A program made the position numbers and the translations under genes. Of a stretch of 64,000 bases of DNA, positions 60,934-64,000 are shown piece by piece. A model generated the notes under the pieces. The model saw only the letters and a program-made list of their open reading frames with translations, was not told the origin of the DNA and did not search any database. Each line of letters begins with the position of its first letter. Position 1 is the stretch's first letter. Origin of the DNA: Nostoc sp. (GTDB lineage Bacteria; Cyanobacteriota; Cyanobacteriia; Cyanobacteriales; Nostocaceae); assembly GCA_036918135.1 (NCBI GenBank), contig JBALDB010000053.1, positions 64,001 to 128,000 on the forward strand. Direction: 5' to 3'.

Positions 60934-63900
60934 TTACGAATTACGCATTACCCTATCAAGACTTGCACTCACACTTTCAGCATCCGGTGACTCCAATCGC
61001 TGCAAAATCTCTAAAGCTGGTTGCAAATAGGATATCGCTTTAGTGTATTCACCCTGCTGTTCTGCCAAATATCCTAACCTCCGCAGAGTCATTGCTTTGC
61101 CTTGGACATTACCAATGCGTTCATTTATTTCCAAAGACTGATTGTAGAGTGCGATCGCTTTATCCACTTCCCCTTTGTTAGCGTAGATATATCCCAGATT
61201 GTGCAACGTCGTCGCTTTGCCTTGGACATCACCAATGCGTTGAGTTATTTCCAAAGACTGATTATAGAGTGTGATCGCTTCATCCACTTTTCCTTTGTTG
61301 GCGTAGAGCATTCCCAGTTGGTGCAAGGTCATTGCTTTGCCTTGGACATTTCCAATTCTTTCTTCTATTTCCAAAGACTGATGGTAGAGTGCAATCGCTT
61401 CCTCCACTTCCCCTTTGTTGGCGTAGAGAATTCCCAGATTGTGCAACGTCGTCGCTTTGGTTTTGACATCACCAAAGTGTTCATTTATTTCCAAAGACTG
61501 ATTGTAGAGTGCGATCGCTTCATCCACATCCCCTTTGTTGGAGTAGATATATCCTAGATTGTTCAACGTCACCGCTTTGCCTTGGACATCACCAATGCGT
61601 TCTTTTATTTCCAAAGACTGATTGTAGAGTGCGATCGCTTGCTCAGCTTTCCCTTTGTTGGCGTAGATATATCCTAGATTGTTCAACGTCGCCGCTTTAC
61701 CTTGGACATCACCAATGCGTTCTTTTATTTCCAAAGACTGATTGTAGAGTGCGATCGCTTGATTCACTTTCCCTTTCTTGACGTAGATACCTGCTAGATT
61801 ATGAATTATTGCAGCTTTTTCTGTTTCGTCTGTTTCCCAACAAAATTCAAGTGCTTGCTGATAATACTGCTGTGCTTGTTCAACTTCACCGAGTTGTTCC
61901 TGAGAGCAAGCTATTTGATGTAAAACGCGGTAGTCTTGAGTCAGTTCTAGGGTAAATTTGCACAGTTGCACCGCTTCCCGAAAACGGCTTTGATTTTTCC
62001 AGTTATCTGCTAATAAACTAGCTATTTTCGCCGCAATTTCTTCGTCCTTCCCCAACAAAGCCAAGCGATGAATTTCTAACTTTTGTGCTTCCATAGCAGT
62101 TTCCTCTTTCCACCACAGGCAATACAAAATTTGTGCAGCTTGTTTATATAACTCTTCACCCTTGGGGTTCTCTGGAAACTCTAGCAACGGTGACAAAATC
62201 CGGGGAACACGATACAACCTCTGTGTGTTGTTGGTGAGGGTAACTTCCAACAAACCCAAAATTTCAGCGCGTTGAATATGACTTTCCCAACTTGAGATAT
62301 CCTCACAAATCGGGTCAATCGCAGCTTGAGGAACAGGTAACTCATACACCAACAACTTCCCCAACATCTTCCGCAAAGCTGGAGTTTGCTGCTTGAGCAA
62401 TTCCTCAGCCAAAATATCCTCACGAAATTCCTTTTCTTTTTCTGCCATCTTTTGCAGAATCATCTCAACTCCACTCTCGGCTGACGGCGACTTCGGGGAA
62501 TTTTGCAAAATCTTATCTAACCATTCCAACAGCCGAGGATTTCCATCTGCTGCTTTTTTGGCACGTTCCGGCAATTCTGGCTGAAATTGCCAACTGCCAT
62601 TAAACGAATCCAGACGATTATACTTTTTAATTAAATCTGCCCCACCCAAAGCCCCCAGAGGTTCGCGGTACAGACGATGATTCAGTTCCGACAATGTGAA
62701 ATCGTAGCGACAGGTAATAATTACCTTGTGGGGAAGTTGGGAATTTTGCATCGCCTTCAGCAACGCCAGCAGTACATCCACAACTTGTGGTTGCAAGACA
62801 TAAACCCCATTTCGTAATTCCAAATTTGCCTCAAAGTCATCCAGCACAAAGACAAAGCGCTGTTCTTTGGTATTCAGTCCTTCAGTGAAAAACTTGGTAA
62901 GGCGCTGCATCAAGGGTAACTTGCCATTAAGAATTTCATGCCCTCGTTCCGAGGTACATTGTTCAGCAAGGGTTTTGAGCAATTTATCCTCATCAAGTTG
63001 CCGAAAGTTCACCAGCCTGTGATAGCCAACCATCCTTTCCAGAAGTCGCGCTGTCACAGTACTCTTACCCACACCCCCCAGTCCGTGAATTAGTACCCCT
63101 AATGAAGTGCGAATAGCTTTGAGACAACGTTGCAAAGTCCGCCGTCTGCCAACAAACTCAGAGGGTTTCGCCACCCGCACCTGTTGGGTATCGGGATCTA
63201 AAAACTGTTCGTAAGCAGGTTCCGGTGCTGAGGGTGGCAAATCTCCCCACACTTCCACCAACGCACCTAGACATTCTCCCTGAATATATAACCGCAACAA
63301 ATGCCAGTCACGCACTTTCTGTTTAAACAACTGCTGGTAAGTGCTAGCGAGTGCTTGTGCTAATTCATATCCAGCTGCCAATTTGCCGTAGAGGTGTGCA
63401 GCGGCGGCTGTGGCTGTCCGGTCTTCCACAGTCCGCCCCCAACTTAAAACCGCCCTAGCCCCTTGGGCAATTAGTGCCTCAGCCATTGAAGGGACAGCCC
63501 CTTTATCTGCTGCTTGTCCAGTCCGACATCCAGACAAAAACACCAATTTTGGAAAGCGAAACCGGAAGACTTCCGCAAGTTCTGCGGCTGTAGTTTCGTG
63601 GCGTTCCCCGATTTCCGTCTCAGTGATAAAGTAAGGCGTGTAAGGTGCTGCATCTTTAATTGAGGCGTGTCCTGTGAGGTGAAACACATCAAAGTCATTA
63701 AAATAGCGACTCCACACCTTACCCAACTCGCTAACGCAACCGCTTTCTTCCACCCGCAAATCTACAGCAAAATCTCGCGTATCTGCCAGAATTCTCGCTT
63801 CTTCCTGTTCAAACTCTAACTTTGGTTGCACATCTTCCGGGTCGGTTGCCATAAACAATACTCGCAATTGTCGTGCTTCCACAGCAAACGGTTCCGTTTC

Positions 63901-64000
63901 TTTTTCAATCCAGCGCAAAGGTAAAACCACCGGATTAACCCGCTTTACCAAAAAATCCTCACTATCATGCAGCACTTCCCAAGGTAGATGCGCCAGTTTT
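60934..64000 (-). CDS. CHAT (caspase-like) domain, P-loop STAND NTPase and TPR protein (5' end outside window)
   Basis: Frame open to the right edge (KLAHLPWEVLHD). CHAT dyad HLTGHA / LSGCRTG; FVGRR, GLGGVGKS, VLDDFE, GNPRLL; 40-aa TPR repeats. Confidence 0.9.
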   Translation of the reverse strand, partial: KLAHLPWEVLHDSEDFLVKRVNPVVLPLRWIEKETEPFAVEARQLRVLFMATDPEDVQPKLEFEQEEARILADTRDFAVDLRVEESGCVSELGKVWSRYFNDFDVFHLTGHASIKDAAPYTPYFITETEIGERHETTAAELAEVFRFRFPKLVFLSGCRTGQAADKGAVPSMAEALIAQGARAVLSWGRTVEDRTATAAAAHLYGKLAAGYELAQALASTYQQLFKQKVRDWHLLRLYIQGECLGALVEVWGDLPPSAPEPAYEQFLDPDTQQVRVAKPSEFVGRRRTLQRCLKAIRTSLGVLIHGLGGVGKSTVTARLLERMVGYHRLVNFRQLDEDKLLKTLAEQCTSERGHEILNGKLPLMQRLTKFFTEGLNTKEQRFVFVLDDFEANLELRNGVYVLQPQVVDVLLALLKAMQNSQLPHKVIITCRYDFTLSELNHRLYREPLGALGGADLIKKYNRLDSFNGSWQFQPELPERAKKAADGNPRLLEWLDKILQNSPKSPSAESGVEMILQKMAEKEKEFREDILAEELLKQQTPALRKMLGKLLVYELPVPQAAIDPICEDISSWESHIQRAEILGLLEVTLTNNTQRLYRVPRILSPLLEFPENPKGEELYKQAAQILYCLWWKEETAMEAQKLEIHRLALLGKDEEIAAKIASLLADNWKNQSRFREAVQLCKFTLELTQDYRVLHQIACSQEQLGEVEQAQQYYQQALEFCWETDETEKAAIIHNLAGIYVKKGKVNQAIALYNQSLEIKERIGDVQGKAATLNNLGYIYANKGKAEQAIALYNQSLEIKERIGDVQGKAVTLNNLGYIYSNKGDVDEAIALYNQSLEINEHFGDVKTKATTLHNLGILYANKGEVEEAIALYHQSLEIEERIGNVQGKAMTLHQLGMLYANKGKVDEAITLYNQSLEITQRIGDVQGKATTLHNLGYIYANKGEVDKAIALYNQSLEINERIGNVQGKAMTLRRLGYLAEQQGEYTKAISYLQPALEILQRLESPDAESVSASLDRVMRNS

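Noticed and set aside
61040..61800. DGR template/variable repeat pair
   Set aside because: The repeats are tandem in-frame TPR units, differences are not adenine-specific, and no reverse transcriptase is in the window.

Overview
Chromosomal window from a heterocyst-forming cyanobacterium, probably Nostoc-like. This rests on dense HIP1 GCGATCGC sites, heptamer STRR repeats, patA, cyaB2, the fbp-tal-zwf-opcA operon and a close orthologue of the Nostoc dynamin BDLP. Housekeeping genes include cysK, cobB, the opc operon, purK with 6S RNA, tRNA-Val(CAC), an Rbp gene and nrdJ. Most notable: (1) nrdJ is not broken but is interrupted by a 287-nt group I intron (57866-58152, minus strand) inside the catalytic NPCG|E loop. 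(2) A two-dynamin locus surrounds an AT-rich nuclease-like/TPR gene that carries one in-frame TAA; the second dynamin has a PspA/Vipp1-like helix and a J-domain. (3) The N-terminal domain of that TPR gene recurs, apparently catalytically dead, on a WD40 protein about 45 kb away. (4) Two arrays of one 21-bp quasi-palindromic repeat family each lie next to a STAND (NLR-like) gene, with a Uma2 nuclease gene nearby. (5) Many small mobile repeats are present, some nested or read in frame inside genes. All calls are by eye from the sequence; no searches were run.
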